Source of the DNA: Candidatus Bathyarchaeota archaeon | GTDB taxonomy: Archaea > Thermoproteota > Bathyarchaeia > 40CM-2-53-6 > JALHTG01 | NCBI GenBank assembly: GCA_022865705.1 | Contig: JALHTG010000019.1 | Coordinates: forward strand, 11,920 to 75,919 | DNA length: 64,000 nucleotides | Direction: 5' to 3' | Part shown: piece after piece, positions 1 through 9,632 of the stretch | Position numbering within the stretch: position 1 is the stretch's first letter | Layout of the letters: each line of letters opens with the position of its first letter | Translations under genes and position numbers: made by a program | Notes under the pieces: generated by a model | Database searches by the model: none | What the model was told of the DNA's origin: nothing | What the model saw: only the letters and a program-made list of their open reading frames with translations

Positions 1-1847
1 GGATATTCGATGACTTGGGCCTTAAGGGTGTCCACGGCTTTTTGCATGGCCTCGAAATTGATTGAGAGTCTCGATGCAATCTCAATTGAATCAGTTGCAT
101 CTGGGGCATCTTGGATGATCGTTCTTCTGAGAAGACCGACCTGATTTGAGATGCAGTAGTCGACCGGTATTATCTCCCCTTCCCAGCTTGGAATCGCACT
201 GAGGCTAGGGGCTACGGGCTCAACCTCAACGGAGAGCCTCACCTCATCGGCTGTAACCACTCTCCAAGTATTGCCGTGCATGATGAATTCTACACCGGGC
301 TTACAGCTTCGGGCGACGAACCCTTGATCAAGAGTTCCGATCCTGCGCTTCCTTATGAAATCAAAAACAGTGAACCGTTTTACGTCAGGGATCACGGATA
401 GATTCTCGTAATAGTAGTGAAGTGCTTTCAGGAACCTTGCCTGAATCAGGTTCTCTCTTTGTGCTAGAATACGCAGATCGACGAGTTGTTTGATAGTAGC
501 CAAGAAGTCTTCCGGATCAAGAGTTCTATATGGGTAGGCTCTCGTAATAGTCTCCAGGATTTGTTCAGCGTTACATCTCCCTCGATCGAGTAGTATGCCC
601 ACAATCTGGTGGGCCAGGACATCGAGCGCATTCTCATGGATCTTGACTTTCTCCAGCTGCTCCTGCCTTGCATAACTGATGATCACGGAGGACTCAAGGA
701 TGTCGTCCGCCCACCCGGAGATTACCACTCCTCTAGGGATACCTTTGATCTCGTGCCCACTTCTTCCAATTCTCTGAATGAGTCGAGTTGCTTCCCTCGG
801 CGACATGTATTGGATGATGAAGTCGACTGATCCGATATCGATGCCAAGTTCCAGTGACGATGTACATATGACTGCTCTGATGGCACCCGATTGAAACTCT
901 TTCTCCACTTCTTCCCGAATTTCTCTAGACAAAGAACCATGGTGAACCTTAACAGGTAAGGCTTCGTTGATGGCGTGTATCTGTGATCCTAAAGCTTCCG
1001 CATGCTCACGTGTATTGGTGAAGACGAGTGTAGATTTGTGCTGTGAGATAAGACCACATATTCTTCTCACTCTTGCGAGCGAGGGAGCGGGAATCCCCAG
1101 CTTGTTTGAGGCTTTGTAGTCATCTTCTGTAGGTGTGACGTACTCTACTTCGGCCTCGAATCTTCTTCCTTCTTCAGACTTGACTATCTCAACGAGCCGG
1201 TCCTGTCCGACTAGGAACTGCCCAATCTTGCGATCCTCTCCTATAGTTGCAGAGAGTCCGACTCTCTGAAAGTCTCTGCCTGTCAGATTGCGCAACCTCT
1301 CCAGAGCTACTGACAGTTGAACTCCCCGTTTGTCTGTGGCTAGTTCGTGTAGTTCGTCGACAACCACCCAACGTACACCTCTCAAATGTTGCCTCATCCT
1401 CTTCCCAGGCAGGATCGCTTGAAGAGTTTCAGGCGTTGTAATCATCATGTCCGGGGGGAACTTTGCTTGCAGGGATCGGATGTGGGTAGGTGTGTCGCCA
1501 TGTCTGACTTGGACCTTTATGTCGAGCTGTTTGGCGTTTTCTGCGAGTTTTCTCAAAATGTCCCGATTCAGAGCTCGTAGAGGTGTAAGGTATAGGATGG
1601 AGATTCCCTCTACAGGTTCCCTGTTTCTCGTCTGAACAAATAGTTCGAAGATTGGCATGATTGCAGCATAGGTCTTGCCTGTTCCTGTAGGAGCTATGAT
1701 CAAAACATTTTTTCCTTGAAGAATCTCCGGAATCGCCAAATCCTGTATGGCGCTAGGTCGAGTAATGCCCTCGTTCTCAAGCAGTTTCCTGATGTCTTCT
1801 CGGAGGAGAGAGAAAACGTTCAAGTGCTCCTTTGCTTCTTGGATCAC
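1..1847 (-). CDS. lhr: Lhr-type ATP-dependent DEAD/DEAH-box helicase (3' end runs off the window)
   Basis: Not in the ORF track because it has no stop in the window. Manual translation from GTG 1847 gives MIQEAKEHLNVFSLLREDIRKLL...AIQDLAIPEILQGKNVLIIAPTGTGKT (Q motif and Walker A), YLTPLRALNRD, RHGDT, VVVDELHEL (DExH) and GLSAT. Confidence 0.9.
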   Translation of the reverse strand, partial: MIQEAKEHLNVFSLLREDIRKLLENEGITRPSAIQDLAIPEILQGKNVLIIAPTGTGKTYAAIMPIFELFVQTRNREPVEGISILYLTPLRALNRDILRKLAENAKQLDIKVQVRHGDTPTHIRSLQAKFPPDMMITTPETLQAILPGKRMRQHLRGVRWVVVDELHELATDKRGVQLSVALERLRNLTGRDFQRVGLSATIGEDRKIGQFLVGQDRLVEIVKSEEGRRFEAEVEYVTPTEDDYKASNKLGIPAPSLARVRRICGLISQHKSTLVFTNTREHAEALGSQIHAINEALPVKVHHGSLSREIREEVEKEFQSGAIRAVICTSSLELGIDIGSVDFIIQYMSPREATRLIQRIGRSGHEIKGIPRGVVISGWADDILESSVIISYARQEQLEKVKIHENALDVLAHQIVGILLDRGRCNAEQILETITRAYPYRTLDPEDFLATIKQLVDLRILAQRENLIQARFLKALHYYYENLSVIPDVKRFTVFDFIRKRRIGTLDQGFVARSCKPGVEFIMHGNTWRVVTADEVRLSVEVEPVAPSLSAIPSWEGEIIPVDYCISNQVGLLRRTIIQDAPDATDSIEIASRLSINFEAMQKAVDTLKAQVIEY

Positions 1848-2026
1848 AGGAACCCACCCTAGATAACTCTTCATTCCTCTCGACTAACGCGTCCTGATTG
1901 AAACTGGATCATGCATAAGCGTTCCCTCAATCAGGGCTTCGCATCTACAAGTCACATCATAAACGTGACAAGTCTGATAGATGTGCAACCCCACAGAAGA
2001 CTAAGTCCTTCACACATGCCCAGGAT

Positions 2027-2140
2027 CTAAGTCGGTGTTGATCTCTCATATGCCACATAGACGAATATCAGAAGCAACGCTAAGAAAGACAAGATCTGAA
2101 TTCCCAGTATCAGAACTCCATAGAACTCATCAGCGGACAT
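2027..2140 (-). CDS. Small single-pass membrane protein, 37 aa (MSADEFYGVLILGIQILSFLALLLIFVYVAYERSTPT)
   Basis: Manual translation from ATG 2140 to TAG 2027. One clean hydrophobic helix, GGGAG upstream of the start, and a TTTTTAAG TATA-like box about 45 bp upstream on the minus strand. Confidence 0.6.
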   Translation of the reverse strand: MSADEFYGVLILGIQILSFLALLLIFVYVAYERSTPT

Positions 2141-2197
2141 GTTCGAAGCTCCCTGCATCGCGCCGTCTAATATCGCAAAGAACTTAAAAACATGTGG

Positions 2198-2635
2198 TCA
2201 GTCTGCCCTAAGCTCATCGGACGGCTCCTCGAAGTGCCACTTCTCAGTGACCTTGCTATAGGATGAGTCGGGAAGCTTTTCTAAATCGTATTCTTCTAGA
2301 ACATCAGCTAGCCGTTGCGCGATTATGTGGTAGCACAATTGCCTCCTTCGGTCAATTACTCTGAAGTAGTAGTCATCGCAGCTACAGAAATTAGAATCCG
2401 GGATGACTTGATACTCTGCCTTTCTGCCCTTCACTGTCCATATAACTCGTCCACTAGGGGAGAAGACATATTTCTTGACCATTCCCGTCTCCACTAGCCT
2501 CAGAGCGTTCTCGAATCTATTCGCAAAATACGCAAGCAACTTGGCTCTTGTCCTTCCGTTGATTTCTCTAGACCGTCTTATGTCTGCACAGATCTTGTCG
2601 ATTGATTGAAGCTCCTTCTTCTCTGCAACCTCCAA
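2198..2635 (-). CDS. SWIM zinc-finger protein
   Basis: CSCDDY...LCYHIIA (CxC-xn-CxH), preceded by a V-x-G...Y-x-V beta strand typical of SWIM domains. Confidence 0.8.
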   Translation of the reverse strand: MEVAEKKELQSIDKICADIRRSREINGRTRAKLLAYFANRFENALRLVETGMVKKYVFSPSGRVIWTVKGRKAEYQVIPDSNFCSCDDYYFRVIDRRRQLCYHIIAQRLADVLEEYDLEKLPDSSYSKVTEKWHFEEPSDELRAD

Positions 2636-2771
2636 GTCTCGTTCCCCTTAGCGCGTCTGCGTCTCAGTATACTAGTCTCTTCTCCATAACCTTAAGCAAC
2701 CCGCAATCACCAAGGAACGCAAAAGGTTACGGCGGGAAGAGGCCACGGCAACAGACACCCACATTAGGCCT

Positions 2772-3602
2772 GTGGAGTCATATCCGGCGTTACTTCTCGA
2801 GAATGCATCAGAGAGAATACTGGTGGTTGCAGATTTGCACATTGGATGGGAGGTCTCGCTTGCTCAAAAAGGCATCCACGTTCCATCTCAGACCCCTAAG
2901 CTTCTTGAAAAGATGATTCAACTCATCAAGACAACGGCTCCCACATCGATCATCTTCCTAGGAGACATCAAACATGCAGTTGAGAAAATTGAGCTTGAAG
3001 AATGGAAAGATGTGCCGGAATTCTTTGAGAAGATCAGTGAGGTAGTCCAAGACATACAGGTTGTGCTTGGAAACCATGACGGAAACCTAGACGCTCTAAC
3101 GACACCCAACGTCAAGATTCACTCATCAAGCGGTGTCAAACTATGGAACAAAGTTGCACTTCTCCATGGCCACGCATGGCCGAAGATCGATCTCCTCGAC
3201 TGTGATACTATGGTGATGGCTCATCTCCATCCAGTAGTTACGTTCACGGACGAACTTGGCTTTCGTATGATACGACCAGCCTGGGTAAGAACCAAGGTTG
3301 GAGGCCACAAGCTCGCAAAGGCCCTTCTCAAGCACATGAAGATCAAACCCGATGGGAGGATTCAGGAGAGTGTAAAGAAGCGCTTTGGCATCGATCTTAC
3401 TGATCAACAATGCATTGTGATCCCATCCTTCAACGATAATCTCGGAGGAAGATCCGTCAACAGAAGAGATAGCAGAGGAAAAATGTCGACCATGATCGGC
3501 CCGATCTTGCGATCTTCAGCGGTCAATTTTGAATTCGCAGAACTCTACCTTCTTGACGGAACGTACCTAGGCACTGTGAAGCATTTGCGCTCATTGAGCT
3601 AG
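2772..3602 (+). CDS. Calcineurin-like metallophosphoesterase (ICC-like, often Lhr-associated)
   Basis: Motifs ADLHIG, LGDIKH, GNHD, HGH, AHLHP and PSFN. Confidence 0.88.
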   Translation: MESYPALLLENASERILVVADLHIGWEVSLAQKGIHVPSQTPKLLEKMIQLIKTTAPTSIIFLGDIKHAVEKIELEEWKDVPEFFEKISEVVQDIQVVLGNHDGNLDALTTPNVKIHSSSGVKLWNKVALLHGHAWPKIDLLDCDTMVMAHLHPVVTFTDELGFRMIRPAWVRTKVGGHKLAKALLKHMKIKPDGRIQESVKKRFGIDLTDQQCIVIPSFNDNLGGRSVNRRDSRGKMSTMIGPILRSSAVNFEFAELYLLDGTYLGTVKHLRSLS

Positions 3603-3721
3603 CATATGGTATGGAATAATCGGAGAGCATGTGCTGAGGAAACAATCGTTGACGGTCTCCTATTCGAGCCAATCAATCTCAGCGTTATCTTAATCAGATA
3701 GTTAGAGCAAACTCGGCCACA

Positions 3722-3878
3722 GCGGGGGTTGCCAAGCCAGGTCAAAGGCGCAGAGCCAACTCAGCGCGTCAGCTTCAGGAGCCTGTCCCGAAGGGGTTCG
3801 AGATTGGAAGGTACGCCTTGCCAACGAAAAGGTTCAAAATGGCATCGAAGAACCATGAAACTCCCTCCCCCCGCACCA
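3722..3878 (+). tRNA. tRNA-Leu(CAG) with three introns (3754-3771, 3803-3830, 3839-3861); CCA encoded
   Basis: Removing the three inserts gives an 88-nt cloverleaf: acceptor stem GCGGGGG/CCCCCGC, discriminator A plus CCA, D arm GCCAAGCCAGGTCAAAGGC, anticodon arm CAGGC-TTCAGGA-GCCTG, long variable arm, and T arm GAGGG-TTCAAAT-CCCTC. Each insert folds into a BHB-type motif. Confidence 0.93.
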
Positions 3879-3907
3879 CATAATATGAGTGAAGAGGAGG
3901 AACAGGC

Positions 3908-4777
3908 TTGATCGTTATTCCTGGCCCGGCATCTGTGAATCTAGGGCGAAGAATCGGGGAGCTGTCGAAGGCGAGAGTTGTCTCAGTTGAGTTCAAGCGT
4001 TTTGCAGACGGAGAGTCATATGTACGGTTTGAAGATGCAGTCAAGAACGAGGATGTAGTCGTTGTTCAGACAACTGGTCCTCCTCAAAACGAAAACCTGA
4101 TCCAACTTCTGCTGATGGCAGACAACGCAAGAGACATGGAGGCCAGAAGCATCACGGCCGTTGTGCCTTACCTCGCTTATGCCAGGCAGGACGATCGGTT
4201 CAGATCAGGTGAAGCATTTAGCATAAGAACCATTGTGACTTTGCTGAAGACGTGCGGCGTGAGCAGAATAGTCACAGTGAACTCGCACAACCCCGCATTG
4301 TTGAAGACTCTGCCTGTGGCAACGGAGGATCTCTCTGCGTTCAGCCTTCTGGCTGAACATTTCAAGAATAGAGGCTTTGAAGGCGCTTTCTCTGCATCCT
4401 TGGGGAAGAAGGGAATGGATGTAGCGATTGAGGCGAACAAGATACTGAAGGGGGGATGCGGCTATGTTTCTACGCAACGAGACAGAGTGGGTGGGGAGGT
4501 CACCATTGAGAAGAAAACCTTGCCAGTTAGGAAAAGGGATGTCGTGGTTTTTGATGATGTTATGAGCAGTGGTAAGTCTATGGCCAAGGCCGTAACCTGG
4601 ATCAAGGAACAAGGAGCAAGAAGAGTGTACGTCGCCTGTGTTCATGTAATTTTGATCGACGACGGTAGAGAACGTGTTCTTAAGAGTGGCGCGGAAGGCA
4701 TCGTGGGCACGGACAGTGTTCCAGGCCCACTCAGTGAGGTATCAATTGCACCTCTGATTGTCAGCACATTGAAGTAG
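3908..4777 (+). CDS. prs: Ribose-phosphate pyrophosphokinase
   Basis: FADGESYVR, PYLAYARQD, and PRPP-binding loop VVVFDDVMSSGKS. Confidence 0.95.
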   Translation: MIVIPGPASVNLGRRIGELSKARVVSVEFKRFADGESYVRFEDAVKNEDVVVVQTTGPPQNENLIQLLLMADNARDMEARSITAVVPYLAYARQDDRFRSGEAFSIRTIVTLLKTCGVSRIVTVNSHNPALLKTLPVATEDLSAFSLLAEHFKNRGFEGAFSASLGKKGMDVAIEANKILKGGCGYVSTQRDRVGGEVTIEKKTLPVRKRDVVVFDDVMSSGKSMAKAVTWIKEQGARRVYVACVHVILIDDGRERVLKSGAEGIVGTDSVPGPLSEVSIAPLIVSTLK

Positions 4778-4800
4778 GGAGCGTTACACGGGCCAGCATG

Positions 4801-4808
4801 GCGCGCGC
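4801..4808. repeat. GCGCGCGC junction octamer (copy 1 of 7)
   Basis: Exact octamer in intergenic DNA 24 bp after the prs stop, followed by a stop-riddled segment. Confidence 0.6.
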
Positions 4809-5088
4809 TAAAGGAGAGAATCAAGATCTACACTCTCTGAATCGACGGAAACGATGTGGAAGAATAGGAGGCTTTGCTCGTCAAGCATCGACCTAAACAG
4901 ATAGAGACTAATCTTGGACGATAGAGAATTGACTCATTTCCATGTTGATGTATCATATCCCTGCTTGGCGTGAGGTTTGAGCCATATGTATACGCGAGTG
5001 GTCGCTTCGGCACCTTTCAAATTCGTTCACGGCAAAAAGGCTCTTAACGGCTCAGATGAGACCTTCTGTAGCAGAGGTTGGGAGAAAC

Positions 5089-5601
5089 ATGCCTCTTAAC
5101 TGGATCGGTGCCTTCAAGAGAGCCTTGGTCTACTTCATTTGGCTCATTGTCTGGGGAATTCTCGGAATATTGATGATGGCCATAGGCGCCTATGTCGCCA
5201 CAGTGCCACTCACCAACTTGTTTGCTGGGAAGACTCCAGCAGTTGAAACTGAACTCATCACAGGGATCGTTCTGCTCATTCTTGGCTATATCATCACCAT
5301 GCTCGGTGCAGTAGCTACTTTAATCCGCCTGGTCTACCAGCTCTCATTCGAAGCCACTCAAGAAGCCATGACTAAAGGAAAGCCCACTGGGACTGCTCCT
5401 AGTGTTGCGATGCCCATGACGGAGATCAAGCTTACGCCAACTGCCGTGCAGCCAGTTGTTCAACAACCTTCACCTGAAATTTCACGACAACCAATGGGTT
5501 CGACCGCACCACCAGCACAACAGAAGTACTGTGCCTTCTGTGGAAGAGCCATAACAATAAGCTCAAGGTTCTGTCCGTTCTGCCAGCGAGCACAGCCCTG
5601 A
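5089..5601 (+). CDS. Membrane protein with two TM helices, a Pro/Gln/Thr linker and a C-terminal zinc ribbon
   Basis: Two hydrophobic segments and a terminal CAFCG...FCPFC. ATG 5089 follows GGGAG (ORF track starts at 5056). Confidence 0.8.
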   Translation: MPLNWIGAFKRALVYFIWLIVWGILGILMMAIGAYVATVPLTNLFAGKTPAVETELITGIVLLILGYIITMLGAVATLIRLVYQLSFEATQEAMTKGKPTGTAPSVAMPMTEIKLTPTAVQPVVQQPSPEISRQPMGSTAPPAQQKYCAFCGRAITISSRFCPFCQRAQP

Positions 5602-5610
5602 TCCAGATTT

Positions 5611-7191
5611 CTATGAATGCTTCAGAACTCTGCCAGCCAAGGCGCCGGTATGCTTGCCCTTGTTGATCGTGAGAACACCGTTCACGAACACATACTCTAT
5701 TCCTTTCGGGTATCTCTTCGGGTCGGCATAGGTCGCCACATCGGTCACCTTGTCAGGGTCAAAGACAACCAGATCAGCCCATGCACCGGGCCTAATCACT
5801 CCTCTGTCTCTCAACCCCAGCTTCTGGGCAGGAAGTGAGGTCATCTTGCGTACTCCTTCGGGAAGGCTGATGATGCCTCTGTCACGGACATAATGTCCCA
5901 GAACCCTAGGAAAGGTTCCATAGTTCCGAGGGTGCGGATGCCCTTTACCCAAGATGCCGTACGGAGCTAGCGCAGAACCGTCGCTGCCTATCATAGAGTT
6001 TCTGTAGCTCAGCACGTATTCCACATCTTCTTCCGCCAGACCGAAGCGCACGACGCTAACAGCAAGGCTTTCCTCGATTAGGAGGTCAAAGGTAAAGTCG
6101 AATGGATCCTTCGTTTTCTTCGCTAGCTCCGAGATGAACCTGCCCTGGTACTCCTTGTGTCTAGGGCAATGGGCGATCATTGTTTTATTCCAGTGAGCTG
6201 ATGAGAGAGAGCCTCGCTCCATGTCTCGTCTGACCTTTGCTCGGAACTCCGTTGAGCGTAGGCGTTCAAGGATCTTCTCTGGTCCCCCTTCATGCGCCCA
6301 GTCTGGAAGCATGTTGACTAGACCGAAGCTAGACGCAACATATGGGTAGACGTCACACGTCACATCAACGCCTCTTCTTCTTGCATCTTCCATCAGCTTC
6401 CTTGCCTGCTTCACCTTTCCCCAGTTCTTCCTTCCCCCCGCCTTGTGATGTGAGATCTCAACTGGAATTCCTGATCTCTCTCCGATTGAGATTGCTTCCT
6501 TCACAGCCGCAAACAGTGTGTTGCCTTCTCCTCTTATGTGAGATGTGTAGATCCCTCCATGCGACGCTACAACCTTTGCCAATTGAACAATCTCACTCGT
6601 CTTTGCGTAGCTACCAGGGGGATAGATCAAACCGGTCGAGAGTCCGAACGCGCCTTCTCTCATCGACCTATCGAGCATGATCTTCATCTTCCCCAACTCT
6701 TTCGCGGTGGCACGACGGTTATCATATCCCACTGTCATCTTTCGTAGATTGCCGTGCCCGATCAGAGGTGCAACATTAACAGCTATGGCTCTTCTCTCAA
6801 GCTTTGTAGCGTATTCGGCAAAGCTTGAATAGTCTAGCTTTACACCGGCTTTTACAAGAGGAGCCCCCGTTCTCTTCATCTCTTCTTTGATCGTCTTGTC
6901 AATTGGGGCTCCTGAGTCTCCGCAGTTCCCAATGACTTCTGTTGTGACGCCTTGCCTGATTTTGCTCTCCGCCTTCGGATTGATTAGAAGCGCATCATCC
7001 GAGTGTGAGTGCATGTCAATGAATCCGGGAGTGATCACAAGGTTTCTCACGTTGATTCGGCTTTCAGCTCGTCTCGATTCCAAATCGCCGATCTTTGCTA
7101 TCTTGCCACGGTCTATTCCAATGTCCGCTTTGAACCAAGGGTTCCCTGTCCCATCAATAACATATCCATTCCGTAGCACAATTTCGACCAT
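5611..7191 (-). CDS. N-acyl-D-amino-acid deacylase (D-aminoacylase, amidohydrolase family)
   Basis: PGFIDMHSHSD, QGVTTEVIGNCG, GLSTGLIYPPG, SHIRGE, SHHK and HPRNYGTFPRVLG. Confidence 0.92.
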   Translation of the reverse strand: MVEIVLRNGYVIDGTGNPWFKADIGIDRGKIAKIGDLESRRAESRINVRNLVITPGFIDMHSHSDDALLINPKAESKIRQGVTTEVIGNCGDSGAPIDKTIKEEMKRTGAPLVKAGVKLDYSSFAEYATKLERRAIAVNVAPLIGHGNLRKMTVGYDNRRATAKELGKMKIMLDRSMREGAFGLSTGLIYPPGSYAKTSEIVQLAKVVASHGGIYTSHIRGEGNTLFAAVKEAISIGERSGIPVEISHHKAGGRKNWGKVKQARKLMEDARRRGVDVTCDVYPYVASSFGLVNMLPDWAHEGGPEKILERLRSTEFRAKVRRDMERGSLSSAHWNKTMIAHCPRHKEYQGRFISELAKKTKDPFDFTFDLLIEESLAVSVVRFGLAEEDVEYVLSYRNSMIGSDGSALAPYGILGKGHPHPRNYGTFPRVLGHYVRDRGIISLPEGVRKMTSLPAQKLGLRDRGVIRPGAWADLVVFDPDKVTDVATYADPKRYPKGIEYVFVNGVLTINKGKHTGALAGRVLKHS

Positions 7192-7281
7192 CTATGATCA
7201 CTTGTCTGCTAACAACTAAGCGAAGTTCAGGCTCTTCTGCTTTTGCAGGCATTTTGCGGATAGTTTACTTCAGATTCGTGA

Positions 7282-7289
7282 CGCGCGCG
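7282..7289. repeat. CGCGCGCG junction octamer (copy 2; within the palindrome ACGCGCGCGT)
   Basis: Intergenic, between the D-aminoacylase and the four-gene membrane operon. Confidence 0.5.
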
Positions 7290-7343
7290 TAGAGGCGAAT
7301 AGATCCCTAGCTAACGCTGGAAGAAGCTGTGGAAAAATGCGAT

Positions 7344-7359
7344 AAAAAAAGGGGGAAAA
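7344..7359 (-). terminator. Oligo-T/pyrimidine terminator of the four-gene membrane operon
   Basis: Minus strand reads TTTTCCCCCTTTTTTT about 20-35 nt after the stop at 7378, as expected for an archaeal intrinsic terminator. Confidence 0.5.
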
Positions 7360-7377
7360 TGAAGGTTTGTGCTGTCG

Positions 7378-8109
7378 CTACTTTGATTTTGCTGGTTTGG
7401 GCCAGGGTCTCTTCTCGGCAGGAATCATGGCGTACACCAATAGTATCAGTACTATTGGCAATGCGACCATGGCTCCTGGAAGAGGTAGCCATTGAGACTT
7501 CAAAAAGTCGAGTCTGCCGAAGATCATGGTAATCCTTGATAGGAACCCGTTGGCGAATGAGTAGCCGAATGCCGCCATCATGCTATACCGTGCGATTTTC
7601 GAGATGATCCCTAGGTTGCCTTTGTGTATGCCAGGGAACGTGAACACGAAGAAGTAGACCACGCATAGTACGATGATGATGAAGACTAGATTGCTGAAGG
7701 CGGTCCATGGGTCTACGCCGAGAACCTTCATTGTGACGGTGGATTGGATTTGTGCGATGAACTCCGAGGTAACTGTGGATCTCATTGATAGCCCTATACC
7801 TATCCCAACCATCAACGCTAGCGGGAACCTGCTGATCCAGAAGTACTTCCCATGGTACCTTGAGTAGAGGAGTATTCCTAGCAGGAACACGACAATGTAG
7901 AGCATAGATCCTTTCGTGAGTGGAATCCAGCCGTACCTTATCACGTTGTCGATTCCTAATACGATGAGGTTCCCAGCTGCAGCCCCGACGTAAGTGTGCT
8001 CGGCGAACTTGAACCACATATTGTCCCTGAAAGTGTAGCTGTAGGCCCAAATCGTGAATAGCGCAGCCAACCATATCGAAGTAACAGATGCTAGATCCAT
8101 TGCCATCAA
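7378..8109 (-). CDS. Uncharacterised polytopic membrane protein (gene 4 of the membrane operon)
   Basis: About 7 hydrophobic helices; YSYTFRDNMWFKFAEHTYVG and MMAAFGYSFANGFLSRI segments; GGAGGT SD. Confidence 0.85.
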   Translation of the reverse strand: MMAMDLASVTSIWLAALFTIWAYSYTFRDNMWFKFAEHTYVGAAAGNLIVLGIDNVIRYGWIPLTKGSMLYIVVFLLGILLYSRYHGKYFWISRFPLALMVGIGIGLSMRSTVTSEFIAQIQSTVTMKVLGVDPWTAFSNLVFIIIVLCVVYFFVFTFPGIHKGNLGIISKIARYSMMAAFGYSFANGFLSRITMIFGRLDFLKSQWLPLPGAMVALPIVLILLVYAMIPAEKRPWPKPAKSK

Positions 8110-8118
8110 CTTAACCTC

Positions 8119-8979
8119 CTATGCTTTCTTCTTAGAAGCTCTCCTTCCGAAGTATGCGATGTTCCCGACTACGACGAATGCGGCCACAAGAATCCCAGTG
8201 AAAGTCATTACGTCTGCACTCGCTATCCCTCGTGCAGGTACCTTAACAAGTGACTCCATCTGACCTGCCTGTGCACCCGACGTCAACGAAACTATCTGAC
8301 CTGCCCTCATATATGGCAGCATCGTCGGCATCATGAGAGCTAACACGTTACACAGGTACGGTGTCTTATACGGTGTGTACCACTGCCGCACCCATCCTTC
8401 TGACTGGTCTCCTCCTGTCGTGTAGCATATCAGTAAGTTGACGGTGGTGGCACCTTTGACCCCTTGCATCACTGGATACTGGTCAAGCGAGGCTCCTTTA
8501 TAGTCGGTGGAGGTCAGCGCTCTCAGATCCTTTCCCAAAGCTGCCATTGCTGTCTCGATCCCTGCGAAGTAGCCTAGCATGATGTAGTCGACGCCGTACT
8601 TCCTGCCGTATTTTTCAGGGTTGACTTCAGCCATAGCCTTGTCCCAAAGCAGCGGTCCCTCTTGGGTCGTTGCCACGCCAATCACTCTCAGTCCTCCTTT
8701 TCTGAAAATGTGGTGATACACGGCAACGGCAAACGGGCCACATTCTGGTTCTCCTCCACCCGAGTATCCTTGGTCGATGATAATTGCAGCGCCACTGGGT
8801 AGCGCTTCAATCGTGTCATACCATTTCTTCACTTCAGGTGTTACGGGTAGGGGAAGGCCCATCGGGTTAATCATGGGCAGAATGAAGGCTATCAATAAAA
8901 GTCCGTACAAGAATTCCCTAGGCAGGTCTTCCAACTTTTCCCAGATGTTCTTTTCTTGCTTGCTCATGTCTGATTTCAC
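8119..8979 (-). CDS. Uncharacterised membrane-anchored protein with a ~200-aa soluble domain (gene 3)
   Basis: N-terminal TM, then an alpha/beta domain (YGVDYIMLGYFAG, WVRQWY, LPYMRAGQI), then a C-terminal TM. Overlaps the upstream stop by 4 nt. Confidence 0.85.
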   Translation of the reverse strand: MKSDMSKQEKNIWEKLEDLPREFLYGLLLIAFILPMINPMGLPLPVTPEVKKWYDTIEALPSGAAIIIDQGYSGGGEPECGPFAVAVYHHIFRKGGLRVIGVATTQEGPLLWDKAMAEVNPEKYGRKYGVDYIMLGYFAGIETAMAALGKDLRALTSTDYKGASLDQYPVMQGVKGATTVNLLICYTTGGDQSEGWVRQWYTPYKTPYLCNVLALMMPTMLPYMRAGQIVSLTSGAQAGQMESLVKVPARGIASADVMTFTGILVAAFVVVGNIAYFGRRASKKKA

Positions 8980-9632
8980 CTTTCAGCCTCAGTTAGTCGG
9001 CCAAGGAATCCAGTTTCCCTGCCGATCATCGTTCGTATTCCGAGAGCTATGGCTCCAAGGGCTGCTCCCATCATGATTCCTCGCTGCGCTGAAGTTGTCG
9101 GAACCGAGCTAAGCCAGTTCTCCATGGTTACGAGGATCGGGACGTTCACTGCAAGCGCTGGAGCGTTCTTCAACAGAACTATCAGTCCCACGATCATAAG
9201 AACTGCTGCCTCCGAGTTGCGCGCTCTAAGAGCTCGATAACAACCAGAAGCAATGTAGAACCCCGTGGAAGAGTAGATTGTTGCGCTGAGTGCGAAGAGG
9301 GTTGAGTTGTATAGCCATTGATACTCAGGCCCGGTATACTTCAAGGAAACGCCGACAACAGCGAACAATATGAGCATGACGAGTAAACAAATGCTGTATG
9401 GCCACTGTCCAGGAGTGCGTCGGGAGATGTGTCTTGTGTGAACGTAGAACAAATTGACTGCGCCATAGCCTAGTGCGAACGCTGAGAGTATGACGCCCCA
9501 GTTCTGTAGGTCTGTGACCACTGGGCTCGTTCCTGGGATCTTCAAGAAATAGTCCGCCATCACAATCACAGCAACGCTGCTTAGCAGTAGGATCGGTAAT
9601 TGCCTTCTAACGAGTAGAGACAATATTCTCAC
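8976..9632 (-). CDS. Uncharacterised polytopic membrane protein (gene 2)
   Basis: About 6 TM helices; YIASGCYRALRARNSEA and RGIMMGAALGAIALGIRTMIGRE. Abuts the upstream gene. Confidence 0.85.
   Translation of the reverse strand: MRILSLLVRRQLPILLLSSVAVIVMADYFLKIPGTSPVVTDLQNWGVILSAFALGYGAVNLFYVHTRHISRRTPGQWPYSICLLVMLILFAVVGVSLKYTGPEYQWLYNSTLFALSATIYSSTGFYIASGCYRALRARNSEAAVLMIVGLIVLLKNAPALAVNVPILVTMENWLSSVPTTSAQRGIMMGAALGAIALGIRTMIGRETGFLGRLTEAER

Noticed and set aside
3729-4044. ORFs 3729..3911 (+) and 3775..4044 (-)
   Set aside because: They overlap the intron-containing tRNA-Leu and prs; spurious.
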